A DNA stretch of 64,000 nt, taken from contig CAWGRW010000009.1 in assembly GCA_963825135.1 (NCBI GenBank), forward strand, positions 32,001-96,000. Direction: 5' to 3'. This DNA comes from an uncultured bacterium. GTDB lineage: Bacteria; Desulfobacterota_D; UBA1144; Nemesobacterales; UBA2774. Position numbers and translations under genes: made by a program. A model generated the notes under the pieces. The model had not been told where the DNA came from, ran no database searches, and worked only from the letters and a program-made list of their open reading frames with translations. Shown here in pieces: positions 20,197 to 31,289 of the stretch (positions are counted from its first letter, which is position 1; the number at the start of each line of letters is the position of its first letter).

Positions 20197-23100
20197 ATGG
20201 AAGTTAAATCAGCTCAATACGGCCTCTTCAGCTTTTTAAGCCGCAAGGGTAAGGCTGCCCCCACGGCCGAGGACTGGCACATAAAGGGGAACGAGCTCAC
20301 GGTGCACCGTGATTTCCCGGGGGCCCTCGCCGCGTACGAGAAAGCCATAGGGCAGAGGCCCGATTACTTCTCGGCGTGGATCGGGAAAGGGAACGTGCTC
20401 GCGTCGCTCGACAGGCACAACGAGGCGCTCGCCGCATACGACAAGGCTGGGAAGCTCAAGCCCGAGCACCTGAAGGCCGTCGAGGGCAACGGATTCGTCC
20501 CCTATTACATGCGCAAGCGCGCGGAGTACGTCGAAACGTCGGCGAAGTCCCGTATGTTCGAGTTCGATTTCCACATGGCGTGGGTCGGCAGGGGCGTCGT
20601 GCTTACCGCGCTCGGCAGGCACGGGGACGCGGCCCTGGCTTATGAAGAGGCGGTGAAAGTCGATCCCGGATCCCACGCGGCCCGGATAGGCAGGGCGGAC
20701 GCTCTCTACGCCGTGGGCGCGCACGGCGAGGCGGCGGACGCTTACGACCGCGCTAACGCGCTCGTCCCCGACTTCCACCATTCGTGGAGGAGGAAAGGGA
20801 AATCCCTCTCAGAGCTCGGCAACTATTACGCCGCCATAGAGGCCTTCGACCGCGCCATCGGCATTAAACCCGACTACGAAAACGACTGGTACAGCAGGGG
20901 GTGCGCCCTCGCCGGTCTCGGCAAATACGCGGACGCCATAGAGGACTTCGACAGGGCGCTCGGTCTCAACCCCGGTTACGCGGACGCTATGTTCCGGAAA
21001 GCCCTCGCCCTCGCCGCCCTCGGCAGAAACGAGGACGCGCTAAAAGCGTTCGACGAGACCGTAAGATCAAAACCCGGACGCACGAACGCCTACATAGAAA
21101 AGGGCAGGACGCTCGCCCGCCTCTCGAGATTCGACGAGGCATTCGACGCATACGACAAGGCTATAAAGAGCAACCCGTACTCGCACCTCGCGTGGATAGG
21201 CAAGGGGGACGCGCTCGCCGGGGTCGGGAAATTCGAAGACGCCGCGAACGCCTTCGAGCTGGCACTGAAATTAAATCCGGACGATCCCGTCCCGTACGCG
21301 AGGAAAGGGGACGCGCTCTCCGGCATGAGAGAATATGAAGAAGCGGTCAAATCATACGACCGGGCGGAGGCGCTCGCGCCCGACGATGCGGACATACTCA
21401 CGCGGAAGGGAGACGCACTCACGGGTCTCGGAAACCTCGCCGGGGCTCTGACGATATTCGAGAGGGCCATCGCCGTCAGGCCCGGACACCCGGGCGCGTG
21501 GAGGGGCGAAGGGGACGCGCTCGCAAGGCAGGGGAAACACGGGGACGCGCTCGTGTCGTACCGCAGGGCAATCGAGCTCGACCGCGCCGAATACCGCGCG
21601 TGGACCGGCACGGGAGACGCGCTTCGGGCGATGGGGAATTATAGGGACGCCGTAACGGCCTACGACCGCGCGATCGAGGCCAACCCCGGATACGAGCCCG
21701 CCAGGCGCGGGAGAGGGGACGCATTACTAAAATCGGGACACTTCACCGAGGCGCTCGGTTCACTCGACGACGCGGTCGGGCTCGATCCCGCGTCCGAAGG
21801 GGCGTGGCGGGGCAGAGCCGAAGCGCTCGCGGAGCTCGGCGAACACGGCGCGGCCGCCGAGGCATACTCCCGCGCTTCGGGGATAAACCCCGGAAACTCG
21901 GATCATCTCCTCGGCATGGGCGGAGCGCTCAGCTCGGCCGGGAGGTACGGCGAGGCGGCGGGGGCCTTCGACAGGGCGCTCGCCATAGACCCCGCTAACG
22001 CCGCGGCGTGGAGCGGCAGGGGGATCGCGCTCGCATATTCCGGTAAATACGCAGAGGCTTCCGAATCGTTCGACAGGTCGCTCGCGCTCGATCCCGGAGA
22101 CGCCGCCTCCTGGAACGGAAAGGGCGGTGCGCTATTCGGCATGAACAAATACGGGGAGTCGCTCGCGGCGTACGATAAAGCCATAGAGCTCAGTCCCGCG
22201 AACGCGGCCGCCTGGAACAACAAGGCGCACGCGCTGTTCGGGCTCGGGGATTACAGGGCGGCCGAGGCGGCCTTCGTAAGGGCTTCTCACATCGAGGGAT
22301 GGTGGAGCGAGCCGCGCATTGGGAAGGCGAGCATGTACCTCGCTCTCGGCAATACGGCGAACGCATACGGGGCCGCCGAAGAGGCGCTTTCAGAGCTCGG
22401 CAGAAACGCGGAGCTCCTAGCGGCGAGAGGCTTCTCGGAGCTTTCCATGCGGGAGTACGGGAGCGCGGTCGAGTCCTTCCGCGGGGCGTCCGAATCGGAC
22501 CCCGGCAACCCCGCGCTTCTCCTGTGGCGGGCATACGCCTCGTACCTCTCTGCCGAAAAGAATTCCGGCTCCGGCGCGAGCATATACAGGGACAATATAG
22601 CGTCCGTGCTCGAAACGCTCGACAAGGCGCACCGGATGATCGCGCCCGAAGAGAAAGACGGGACGCTTCCTCCCTGGATCCCTCAGGAAAAGAAGAAGCC
22701 CGACGAAAAGGAGCTCGGCATAATGTCGGACATCCTGTATTTCAAAGCGCGCTGCTATTTCAAGCTCGGGGATTACGACAAAACCGTCAAAGCGCTTAAC
22801 GAATGCGCGCGCCTCGGCGCCGGGGACGAGAGAGACGTAAAGCGCGTCCTTAAAATCATATGGAAGAATTATTCGGCGCCTTCTCTCTGGAGGTGGTGGC
22901 TCGCCTCGCCGGTGAACCCATGGCCGAAGAGGATTTTATTCTTCTCCGTATCCCTCCTCGCCTCAGGCCTCCTGCTGGCCCATCCGCTCCTGGTCGAGCT
23001 GATCAAGCCTTACGCCTTAAACACGGCCGTATATATCTCCCTCGTCGCCGTCCTCATAGGGATACTCTTCATGCCGCTCACGGAGAGGACCAGGGAGACG

Positions 23101-23205
23101 GAGTACGAATTCAGCCTCGCGCCCGATCTGAGGAGAGACCCCGTACTCACTCCCGTCACCCTCGACGGCCACATCAAACGGATACGCCGAAAACTCCCGG
23201 CTTAA
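20197..23205 (+). CDS. large tetratricopeptide repeat protein with C-terminal membrane anchor
   Basis: Many 34-aa repeats W..KG.AL..LG.Y.EA..AYD.A..L.P; two hydrophobic helices near the C-terminus. Confidence 0.92.
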   Translation: MEVKSAQYGLFSFLSRKGKAAPTAEDWHIKGNELTVHRDFPGALAAYEKAIGQRPDYFSAWIGKGNVLASLDRHNEALAAYDKAGKLKPEHLKAVEGNGFVPYYMRKRAEYVETSAKSRMFEFDFHMAWVGRGVVLTALGRHGDAALAYEEAVKVDPGSHAARIGRADALYAVGAHGEAADAYDRANALVPDFHHSWRRKGKSLSELGNYYAAIEAFDRAIGIKPDYENDWYSRGCALAGLGKYADAIEDFDRALGLNPGYADAMFRKALALAALGRNEDALKAFDETVRSKPGRTNAYIEKGRTLARLSRFDEAFDAYDKAIKSNPYSHLAWIGKGDALAGVGKFEDAANAFELALKLNPDDPVPYARKGDALSGMREYEEAVKSYDRAEALAPDDADILTRKGDALTGLGNLAGALTIFERAIAVRPGHPGAWRGEGDALARQGKHGDALVSYRRAIELDRAEYRAWTGTGDALRAMGNYRDAVTAYDRAIEANPGYEPARRGRGDALLKSGHFTEALGSLDDAVGLDPASEGAWRGRAEALAELGEHGAAAEAYSRASGINPGNSDHLLGMGGALSSAGRYGEAAGAFDRALAIDPANAAAWSGRGIALAYSGKYAEASESFDRSLALDPGDAASWNGKGGALFGMNKYGESLAAYDKAIELSPANAAAWNNKAHALFGLGDYRAAEAAFVRASHIEGWWSEPRIGKASMYLALGNTANAYGAAEEALSELGRNAELLAARGFSELSMREYGSAVESFRGASESDPGNPALLLWRAYASYLSAEKNSGSGASIYRDNIASVLETLDKAHRMIAPEEKDGTLPPWIPQEKKKPDEKELGIMSDILYFKARCYFKLGDYDKTVKALNECARLGAGDERDVKRVLKIIWKNYSAPSLWRWWLASPVNPWPKRILFFSVSLLASGLLLAHPLLVELIKPYALNTAVYISLVAVLIGILFMPLTERTRETEYEFSLAPDLRRDPVLTPVTLDGHIKRIRRKLPA

Positions 23206-23513
23206 ATTCCTTATATTATTTCTCTTTAATCCGTCATCCTGAACTACGTTTCCGAGCGTGCGCAAGAACCGGTCGCCATTGCCAATATAGCACTTCCTCG
23301 ATTAACCCCGGCTACATACTTATTAAAATTCCAGTTGTGAGAAATCTATCTTTACCCGTTCTTCCCGGGCTCGCCCGTCCCGAGCCCGTCGAAGGGTCTG
23401 CATTATTCTTCCCCTCACTGCGAGTGCAGCTAACGAAGTTAGCGGGACGCGGCAATCCCCTTCCCTCTTCTTTCCCTAATATTGCGAGCCGCGCAAGAGG
23501 CGAAGCAATAGTG

Positions 23514-23667
23514 GGGACATTACGGGATTTGCGTTAAGAAAATCGCCGTGTTTAAGCGTGAAAATCTTTCAGCTTCCCATTCGAAAGATTTTAGCTTCAA
23601 CACAAGATTTTTAGCACAATCCCGTAGTCCCGAAAGATTTTTGCTACTTTTGATCTCCCAAAAGTAG
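23514..23667 (+). repeat. structured repeat copy 4 (divergent, compensatory changes)
   Basis: gggacattacgggatttgc...gcacaatcccgtagtccc and ctacttttg-atctcc-caaaagtag. Confidence 0.88.
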
Positions 23668-24005
23668 AGAGAACTCCTGCCATTCGATAATCGCGCGAGC
23701 ATCATGCGCCCGCCCCTATCGCCGCCCCGTTCACCCCGAGCGCACACGTGCATGCAGTCGACGGATCGAAGGACGCATGCAGTAGCGGCTTAGAGCCGCG
23801 ATAATGCGCAATTTCAACTCCCGTCCGTAAATTTCCCGATATCCGTGAACCTTTTTTCTCAATCACCCCGTATTAATAGACGTTAATGGACATTGCTGCG
23901 GGTATTTCGCCGGAATCGTTACATGAAAATATTTCGCGTCCCTGAATCCATCCTCGTTGCAATAACAACTAAATAGACAAATACATTTTTTAAGGAGGCA
24001 GTAAA

Positions 24006-24281
24006 ATGAAGAAGTTAATAGTTGCAGGTACATTAGTAGCGGCCCTCGCGTTCCCGCTCGTCTCGCACGCGGAGGTAAACGCGTTCGGAGTGCAGCTCCC
24101 CGTGGGCGGGTACGAAGCGGGCGGCGGCGCAAAAGGCGGCTACGTGGCAGAGGACCTGAGCGACACGTTCCACGTCCAGACCCTCTCCGGCAAGAGCGAA
24201 ACCGCGCAGCCGGAAGAGACGGCGCGCGAGAACGTCTACACGGTGTCAGGCATTCATCTGAGCGGTGAAGATGCCATATAG
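24006..24281 (+). CDS. small secreted hypothetical protein
   Basis: TAAGGAGG RBS; signal peptide ending SHA. Confidence 0.75.
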   Translation: MKKLIVAGTLVAALAFPLVSHAEVNAFGVQLPVGGYEAGGGAKGGYVAEDLSDTFHVQTLSGKSETAQPEETARENVYTVSGIHLSGEDAI

Positions 24282-24322
24282 TCCGTGCGCGGAGCGCGCG
24301 CAGACAGAATACAAATCGAAAC

Positions 24323-24354
24323 GGAAGCCCGGCCCCGACCGGGCTTCTGCTTTT
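24323..24354. terminator. hairpin terminator between convergent genes
   Basis: gaagcccgg-ccccga-ccgggcttc followed by tgctttt. Confidence 0.55.
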
Positions 24355-24385
24355 ATGATGTGCGGGTGCGCTATCGAGCTTACTG

Positions 24386-27034
24386 TTATTTAGCCTTGTG
24401 GATCCTTACGCGCCCGGCGTTATCGGCGCGGACGACTGAATCCGGACCCTCTCCGGGAGCGCCCCGCCTCCGTCCGAACCCTGACATCAGAAGACCGGCA
24501 GCCGCGAGCACCGCGCCCGCCTTCACTGCGGCCACGTTGGCGACCACGAGGAAATCGAGGTGCGTCGAGAACCCGAGCACGCGCGAGACCATGACGGGCA
24601 TCATCAGTATCTCGTCGTTCAGCCTGCCGAGCGTCCGGTCGAGCCCGAACACGACGAACACGAGCCCGTAGAGCACGGCGAGCGACCCGGTGAGGAAAAG
24701 AATCCTGCCCGTGAGCCTCCTTATGCCGAGCGTCCCGCACGCGAAGGAATAAACGAGGTAAAAGTGCGCGAGCAGCAGTATCACGGCTGAGGACGCGAGC
24801 ACCGTGCGGAAACCGCCGCTCGTCCAGACGTTATACCAGAAGTAATATGGCCCCCTCACCGAAAGCACGGCGAGCACTATGCCTAGGAGCGCGAGCGCAG
24901 GGAGGAGCGAATACGCGAACCCCCCCTGTCCCCGGGAGCCGAACACCGTGAACCTGAGCCCGAGGAAATAAATGAGCGCGGGCACGCCGGTCGTCAGGAC
25001 GAAGAGCGGCGCCCCGAAAGACGTGAACGCCTCCAGCATCCCGAACGTGAACACCGAGAGGAAAAGCGGGGTCCCGATCCCCGAGCCCGCGTCCCTGCCC
25101 TTCAATACTACGAGCGCCGCGAATAGGGCCAGCACCAGGAGTAGCGCCCTCGACGTCCAGACCGTGTAATCGGTCCTCCCGGCCTGCGCCACACCGTTGT
25201 CGGCCATCTCGAAGTTATACGCGGGGAAATCGAGGTTCCCCCGGTACTTTTCCATGTGCTCCGCCTTCGCTTTCTTATATTCCATCGCCGAGGCCTTCCA
25301 TTCCCTCTCCCTCTCGTCTCCCCCCTTGTCGAGCCACTCGTAGAACCCGAGCGTGAACTTCTTGTGCCAGGCGAGCGTCGAGAACAGGTTCTCCTCGTAA
25401 TCGAGCGACGCCTCCATGCCCGGTATCCATTCCCTCCCCTTTTCCATTCCGCCCTCGACGGAGCGGAGTATGTCCCTCATCCTCCTCACCTCGGAGACGG
25501 CGGCGAAGCCGTCCCTGACCGCGTCGCCGAGCTCGCCGCGCGAGGCCTCGTACACGAGGCTCATCACCGAGGTCGAGCTCTCCATGAGGTCCCAGTAGCT
25601 GTATATCACGGGGGGGATCTCCATGCCGACCCCGGTCACCTCTTTCCTCGCGAACTGCGGGATGGTAAGCCCCTTCACGGCGGTGCCGTGGGACATCTCC
25701 AGAAGCTCGGTGAGGCCGTCCTCGACCTCCTTGCCGCCGCCGAACGTATTCCGCACCCACTCCCGCGTCCATTTCTCTACGGGCTCGCCCGGGTGCGCAG
25801 CGATCATCGCGGACGCGTAGACGTTGGCGTCGGTCCAGAGCCAGTGGCCGTGGAACGGGTATATCATCATCGGCCCCTGACGTATCGGCCCCCCCGCCTG
25901 CGTCCACACCCACACGCCGACGATGTTAGGGTTGCGCTCCAGGAACCCGCGCATCGCGTCCCCGTAATCGGGCCCCACGTAGTTGGGTATGACGTTGAAC
26001 GCCTCGAACTCCCTACGCGCCTGAAGCTCGACGATGCGCTTTTGCCTTCCGGAATAGAGCGTGGGGTTATAGGGGACGCTGTTCCAGAAGTCCCCCTTCG
26101 TCAGCTTCGTCGAGATAATAAGATTATCGGAATCAATATCGCCCAGTATGCGCTCGTAAACGGCGGGGTCGGTGTGCATGCTCCCGACCTCGCCCACCCC
26201 TACCGACCATGTGCGGAATATTATGTACTTGCCGTGGGCCTCGGCAGTCTTTGTAAACGACCTGAGCATCTCCTTCACGGATGTGACGCTCCTCACCATG
26301 AGCTCGCTCGTATAGTCCCATCCTATGCGGTTATAGAGCGGCCCCGCCTCGCCTATACGTATCATGAGCCCGTCGACGAGCGGCATGGTCTCGAAGAGCT
26401 CCGAAAGCCCCTCCGAGTAAACGCCCCAGAACCGGGCGCTCTCGACGTCTATACCTCCGGGCAGGCCCGCGAGATAGTGCTTGAGGGCGGGCGTGAGGGC
26501 GACCATGTCGGTGCTCAGTATGACGCGGAGGCCTTTTGCGTGCGCGTAGTCAAAGAACCGCGAGTAGAATTTCCGGAGCGCCTCGTGCCGCTTCCTCTCG
26601 ACGCTCCCTGCGGGATATACGTCCGTGCCGCTCCCGAGCCTGTCGAAGTCGACCAGCTCGAGGAACGCCTGGAACTCTATGGCGTTGAACCCGAGCGCCG
26701 ACATCCTGTCCGCGTATTCGCGGAACTGTGCGAACACGCGGTCGGCCTCCGCCGGGTCGACGAACGGCTCTCCCGAAAGGAATACTTTGTCGAAACGCCT
26801 CGTGTTATGAGAATAGTCCTTGCCCCAGCCCTCCGCGTCCGCCTCTATCCCCACCCCGCCCAGGTCGACCATCCTGAAAGGGAGCGGCGGCAGGTCTTTC
26901 GATGAGGCGGGCGCGGAATCCCCGAGGTCCTTGTCCTTTATGGATATGGCAAGGAATGCGTTTATCCTGCCGCCCAGGAACAGGCCCACTATAAGGGCCG
27001 CCGCCAGAAAGAAGAGCGTACGCGCTCGCATCAT
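24386..27034 (-). CDS. glycoside hydrolase-like (GH67-related) protein with C-terminal multi-pass membrane domain
   Basis: N-terminal signal; GFNAI, VDGLMIRIGE.G, IIFRTW.VG.G, K.T.GDF, ELQARREFE; several C-terminal TM segments. Confidence 0.6.
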   Translation of the reverse strand: MMRARTLFFLAAALIVGLFLGGRINAFLAISIKDKDLGDSAPASSKDLPPLPFRMVDLGGVGIEADAEGWGKDYSHNTRRFDKVFLSGEPFVDPAEADRVFAQFREYADRMSALGFNAIEFQAFLELVDFDRLGSGTDVYPAGSVERKRHEALRKFYSRFFDYAHAKGLRVILSTDMVALTPALKHYLAGLPGGIDVESARFWGVYSEGLSELFETMPLVDGLMIRIGEAGPLYNRIGWDYTSELMVRSVTSVKEMLRSFTKTAEAHGKYIIFRTWSVGVGEVGSMHTDPAVYERILGDIDSDNLIISTKLTKGDFWNSVPYNPTLYSGRQKRIVELQARREFEAFNVIPNYVGPDYGDAMRGFLERNPNIVGVWVWTQAGGPIRQGPMMIYPFHGHWLWTDANVYASAMIAAHPGEPVEKWTREWVRNTFGGGKEVEDGLTELLEMSHGTAVKGLTIPQFARKEVTGVGMEIPPVIYSYWDLMESSTSVMSLVYEASRGELGDAVRDGFAAVSEVRRMRDILRSVEGGMEKGREWIPGMEASLDYEENLFSTLAWHKKFTLGFYEWLDKGGDEREREWKASAMEYKKAKAEHMEKYRGNLDFPAYNFEMADNGVAQAGRTDYTVWTSRALLLVLALFAALVVLKGRDAGSGIGTPLFLSVFTFGMLEAFTSFGAPLFVLTTGVPALIYFLGLRFTVFGSRGQGGFAYSLLPALALLGIVLAVLSVRGPYYFWYNVWTSGGFRTVLASSAVILLLAHFYLVYSFACGTLGIRRLTGRILFLTGSLAVLYGLVFVVFGLDRTLGRLNDEILMMPVMVSRVLGFSTHLDFLVVANVAAVKAGAVLAAAGLLMSGFGRRRGAPGEGPDSVVRADNAGRVRIHKAK

Positions 27035-27293
27035 CAGGTCTCCCCGTCCGAACTTCCCCCCGCGGGACTGCGTATTTATTAAGGCCGGGTTAACCGGCCG
27101 TTAAGCGGAAATGAATTCGGAGCAGGGATTAATTATACAGAGGATTGGAGGGGATGATAAAAATCTTAACAATCGGAGAGTGCCGCACACGCCCTTGGGG
27201 GAGCGGACCATGCTCCGGTCCGCTCCGTTTTCAGGGCCGTGATTTCTTCATTTACGCGTTTCCCGAAATCAGGAGAACGCGGTTCGGAACACT

Positions 27294-27797
27294 TTACTCG
27301 GCGTTTTGATCCTCGGCGCTGCTATCGTCGGAAGCCGGGGGTGCGGCGCTATTATTTTCGGGTTTGCTGCCCGTGTAACTCTCGGGCGGTGCGCCTTTAT
27401 CCTTGAAAGCCTCGGGCGGCGCTTGTTTCTCGCTGACCCTCGGTTTCGGCATGCACGCGAGTATGCCGGTGGTCGTCTTCATGCAGGAGCCCGCTATAAC
27501 CGCGCCGCCTGTTATAGTCACGCTGCAGTCGTCCCCTTTATTGAGACCGTTGCAGGGCTCGGTTATCTCGGGCGGCGGTCCGTGGCTCTTGGTGACCTTG
27601 CTCTCGACGGCCTCCGGCGCCTGATTGGACGAAGGCTCCGCCGGAGTCTTGACCTCGGTTGTCTCCGTTTTCTCGACGGTCTCCTTCTTCTCCCCCTTAT
27701 CGGAGGAGCATGCCCCGAAATACAGTCCGGCGGCGATGAGAAATACCGCTATGGCCGCAGCCGGCACCTTTAAACCGGAAAAATAAGATTTGAACAT
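27294..27797 (-). CDS. lipoprotein with a 4-Cys domain and PPE repeats
   Basis: Lipobox FGAC; PPPE..C.G..GD.C...G.C....LAC.P. Confidence 0.75.
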   Translation of the reverse strand: MFKSYFSGLKVPAAAIAVFLIAAGLYFGACSSDKGEKKETVEKTETTEVKTPAEPSSNQAPEAVESKVTKSHGPPPEITEPCNGLNKGDDCSVTITGGAVIAGSCMKTTTGILACMPKPRVSEKQAPPEAFKDKGAPPESYTGSKPENNSAAPPASDDSSAEDQNAE

Positions 27798-28082
27798 ATT
27801 TAAACCTCCTGTTGCGCTGGTGCTGAAATTTTACCTGTTCGTACGGAATCTATACCGGAGTATTGCAGTATTGCTCGAAACTCACAGGACACGCCAGACA
27901 CAACGCTTATAGTCTATAGGGTTTTATCGCACTTTTCTTCATAAATTTTTTGATCCGGGGGAAAAATTATCCGCCCCGGCGTCACCCGTGCTCATTCGGT
28001 CAGAGGACGTTCCGGGCCCGCGGCATACGCAGGAACCCCGCTAACTTACCGGGATGCCGAGTAATTTTTAGGGCGGCCACCC

Positions 28083-29606
28083 TCACGCGTCTTCGCTCTG
28101 CCTCCCGGTGCGCATGAATACGAGCGCGAGGAAGAAGGCGGCCAGCACGACAGAGCCCGCGAAGTAGTATCCGACGGAAATGCTCCTTGCGACCGCCGAG
28201 TGGAGGTCCTCGACGAGGGCGGGCGATATGGAGGAAAGCTCCCTCAAGGCGTCCCCCTGGCCCTTGAGCGCGCTGTCTATGAGGGGCGCGAGCCTTTCCC
28301 TTACGCCGTCTGAGCCTCCGAACCCGTTAATGATCTTCGAGACCTCGCCCTTTTGAACAGTCGCCACGAGACCGCCTATGGAGGCGAGCCCGACCGTAGC
28401 CCCTATCTGCCTCATCGTCTGGACGACCCCGGAGGCCTGCCCCCTGTACTCGCTCGGGGCGCGGTTGAGCGCGTCCGTGCTCGTCGGGACCATCACGAAC
28501 CCTATACCGAACCCGAGCACTATCATGCCGGGCAGTATCAGGAGGAACTCGCCCCTTTCGAGAAACGGCGCCTGCGAGAAGAAGCCGAGCGCGATGAGGA
28601 AGGCGCCCGTGAGCGCCGGTATCTTCACCCCTACCCTGTCGAAGAGCCTCCCCGAGACCTGGGACATCGCGACCACGGAGAGTATGATGGGCATGATCGC
28701 GAGCCCCGCCTTGAGCGGGCTGAAGCGGAGGTTCGTCTGGAGGTATATCGCCCCGAACACGATGAGGCTTATCATCGCGAACTGGATGCAGAAGAGGAGC
28801 ACGTTGTCCATGGCGAAAGCGGTGTTCCTGAAGAGCCTCAGCTGTATGAGCGGGTCTTCGCTCTTTACCTGTATGAAGCAGAATATTTCGAGCAGCACGA
28901 GCCCCGCCGCGAGAAAGCCGAGCGTGAGCGGCGAGGACCATCCCCATTCGTACCCCTGCTGGAGCCCGAATACGAATGCGAACATGCCCAGCACGAGGAG
29001 GAGGGCGTAGACCGGGCGCACTCTTCCGCCGCCGGGGGCCCTGCCCGCGGGTTTCGAGATATAGGTCATGAGTATGGCAAGCGCCCCTACGGGGAGGTTT
29101 ATCCAGAACACCCACCTCCACGAAAGGTACTCGGTCAGGAACCCTCCCAGGAGCGGGCCCAGCGCGAGGAAGGCCTGCGCGACGCCGACGTATATCGCCA
29201 TCGCCTTGCCCCTCTCCCTTATGTCGAACGACTCTATCACTATGGCGGCCGAGGAGGGGAGCATGAGGGCCGCGCCCAGGCCCTGGAACACGCGCGCGGC
29301 TATGATCACCCCTTGATTGGGGGCGAGCCCGCAGAGAGCTGAGGCGGCTGCGAAGACGACGATGCCGGCGACGAACGCGCGCACCCTCCCGAACATGTCC
29401 CCCAGCTTTCCGCCGAAGGCGACCGTCACGGCGAGCGCGAGCACGTACGCGTTCACTATCCACTGGAGCCCCGCCTGCGACACTGCGAGGTCGGACTGTA
29501 TCCTCGGAAGGGCGACGCTCACGACCGTCTGGTCGACGAATATCATGGAGAGCGACCCCGTCATCGCGATGAGTGTGAGCCACTTGTGGGAATGTTCGCT
29601 TCTCAT
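28083..29606 (-). CDS. MFS transporter, DHA2 (EmrB/QacA-like)
   Basis: D.TVV.VALP.I, GKLGDMFGR, RVFQGLGAA, GPLLGG.L....WRWVFWINLP. Confidence 0.92.
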   Translation of the reverse strand: MRSEHSHKWLTLIAMTGSLSMIFVDQTVVSVALPRIQSDLAVSQAGLQWIVNAYVLALAVTVAFGGKLGDMFGRVRAFVAGIVVFAAASALCGLAPNQGVIIAARVFQGLGAALMLPSSAAIVIESFDIRERGKAMAIYVGVAQAFLALGPLLGGFLTEYLSWRWVFWINLPVGALAILMTYISKPAGRAPGGGRVRPVYALLLVLGMFAFVFGLQQGYEWGWSSPLTLGFLAAGLVLLEIFCFIQVKSEDPLIQLRLFRNTAFAMDNVLLFCIQFAMISLIVFGAIYLQTNLRFSPLKAGLAIMPIILSVVAMSQVSGRLFDRVGVKIPALTGAFLIALGFFSQAPFLERGEFLLILPGMIVLGFGIGFVMVPTSTDALNRAPSEYRGQASGVVQTMRQIGATVGLASIGGLVATVQKGEVSKIINGFGGSDGVRERLAPLIDSALKGQGDALRELSSISPALVEDLHSAVARSISVGYYFAGSVVLAAFFLALVFMRTGRQSEDA

Positions 29607-29851
29607 GGGACCTGGGGGTAACGAGCCGGGTTTCAGAGGACTTAGGCCCGGTAAATGTAATTACGGCGCGTAAAAAGTCAACACGCACATATGCCCGCCG
29701 CCGGGGCGAAAATGCGGTTGTGCGACGCGCGGACGGGGAGCGATTTTTTTGAAATACCGCCCCGGTTTCTTGAATTTACCGGCGCATTGCTTTATAACTA
29801 GTGAAACATCGGCGGCAATCGCAAGCGGCGCCCGCCGCCGGGAGGTGCGAT

Positions 29852-30616
29852 TTGAAAGCAGTAGTCCTCAGTCTCATCATATTTACGTGCATAATCGGAG
29901 GAGCTGTTATCGGCATATTCCTCCGGGCGATACTGCCCGCGCGTCACCTGACCGACGAATCGAGGAACATGGTCACGCTCGGCATGGGAATAGTCGCGAC
30001 CATGGGGGCGATCGCCGTCGGGCTTATGATCCAGGGAGCGCAGATCTCATTCAGCGCCCAGCGCAGCGATCTCATAGATATGTCGGCCAAGATAGTCTTC
30101 CTCGACAAGCTTCTCGCCGATTACGGACCCGGGGCGGAAGGGGCCCGCGAGACGCTCCGCGGCTCCCTCGAACGCACGATAAACCAGCTCTGGCCGAAGG
30201 GCGGCTCGGGAGGCGCGATGATCGAGCCGCCCGAATCCAAATCCGAAACCCTGTATTATCAAATCCTGTCTCTTAAACCGGATGACGATGCCCGGCACGC
30301 GATACGCGACGAGGCGCTTTCGCTTACATACGACCTCGCGCTGGCGCGAGACTCGCTCGTAATGGGACAGAGCAGGTCTATTCCCGGGGTATTCCTTGTC
30401 GTGCTCGGAGTAATCCTCTTCTGGTTCGTCTCCATATTCTTCAGCTTCGGGCTCTACGCCCCGACGAACGGAACGGTCGTTGCGACGCTCATATTATCCG
30501 CGTTGGCAGTCACGCTTGCGCTCTTTATGATAATGGAGCTCAACAAGCCCTTCGACGGACTGCTGCGCATGCCGAGCGAGCCCCTCGTGGAGGCGCTGCA
30601 GCATATAGGGAAATAA
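29852..30616 (+). CDS. DUF4239 (bestrophin-like) membrane protein
   Basis: TTG start after GGAGGTG; TM-loop-TM layout ending I.EL..PF.G. Confidence 0.75.
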   Translation: MKAVVLSLIIFTCIIGGAVIGIFLRAILPARHLTDESRNMVTLGMGIVATMGAIAVGLMIQGAQISFSAQRSDLIDMSAKIVFLDKLLADYGPGAEGARETLRGSLERTINQLWPKGGSGGAMIEPPESKSETLYYQILSLKPDDDARHAIRDEALSLTYDLALARDSLVMGQSRSIPGVFLVVLGVILFWFVSIFFSFGLYAPTNGTVVATLILSALAVTLALFMIMELNKPFDGLLRMPSEPLVEALQHIGK

Positions 30617-30645
30617 AAATCCCGGAACGGGAACCCCGCGCGGGG

Positions 30646-31227
30646 TTATTCGGAGGACTTTCCGTCCCCGGAGAATATGAGGAGCAGAAGCTCCGTCCCT
30701 TCTATTCTCATGTAGGATAGCTCGATGACGGACGACGGGAACACCCACTTACGCTCGGCCGAGGTGCCGGGGTCGTTCGAGGTCTCCTCCTTATCAGGGT
30801 CCCCGTATCTGGAGGCCAGGTCCTCGTCTACCTTTATAAACGTCTCCGCCCATTCGAACCCCTTGGGCTCCCCCGTCGGAACGAAAACTATCTTCCTCAG
30901 CCTCTTTGTGCCGTTGTCCATCCAGAGGCTCGCCCTGAACCCCTTTCCCCCGATTGTGAGCCCCGTGAGCTCGAGGTCGCTGTACGCCCCCTCGCCCTTG
31001 TCCTCTTTGGGCTTATGCACGACTACGCTCTTTCCGAATGCGGCTTTGATCTCGTCCCCGGTCATGCCCCATTTCAGGTTCTCCCAGCCGTAAACGTCCC
31101 GGGGCTTCTGAGCGGCCCGAAGCCCGCCTGAGGGAATCAACACCGCCATGATCAACAGAATGGAGATTGATATTTTTATCAAGATTGCCTCCGGGTCCGG
31201 TCTTGTAATCGAAACATCCTCGTACAA
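30646..31227 (-). CDS. secreted hypothetical protein
   Basis: Hydrophobic leader; GW..LKWGM..L..RYG.P motif; start uncertain. Confidence 0.65.
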   Translation of the reverse strand: MYEDVSITRPDPEAILIKISISILLIMAVLIPSGGLRAAQKPRDVYGWENLKWGMTGDEIKAAFGKSVVVHKPKEDKGEGAYSDLELTGLTIGGKGFRASLWMDNGTKRLRKIVFVPTGEPKGFEWAETFIKVDEDLASRYGDPDKEETSNDPGTSAERKWVFPSSVIELSYMRIEGTELLLLIFSGDGKSSE

Positions 31228-31289
31228 GAACTATAAAATAAGGGAGAGGAAAATGGAAACGGTTTTTCTATCCGCCATGCGGGACACGC

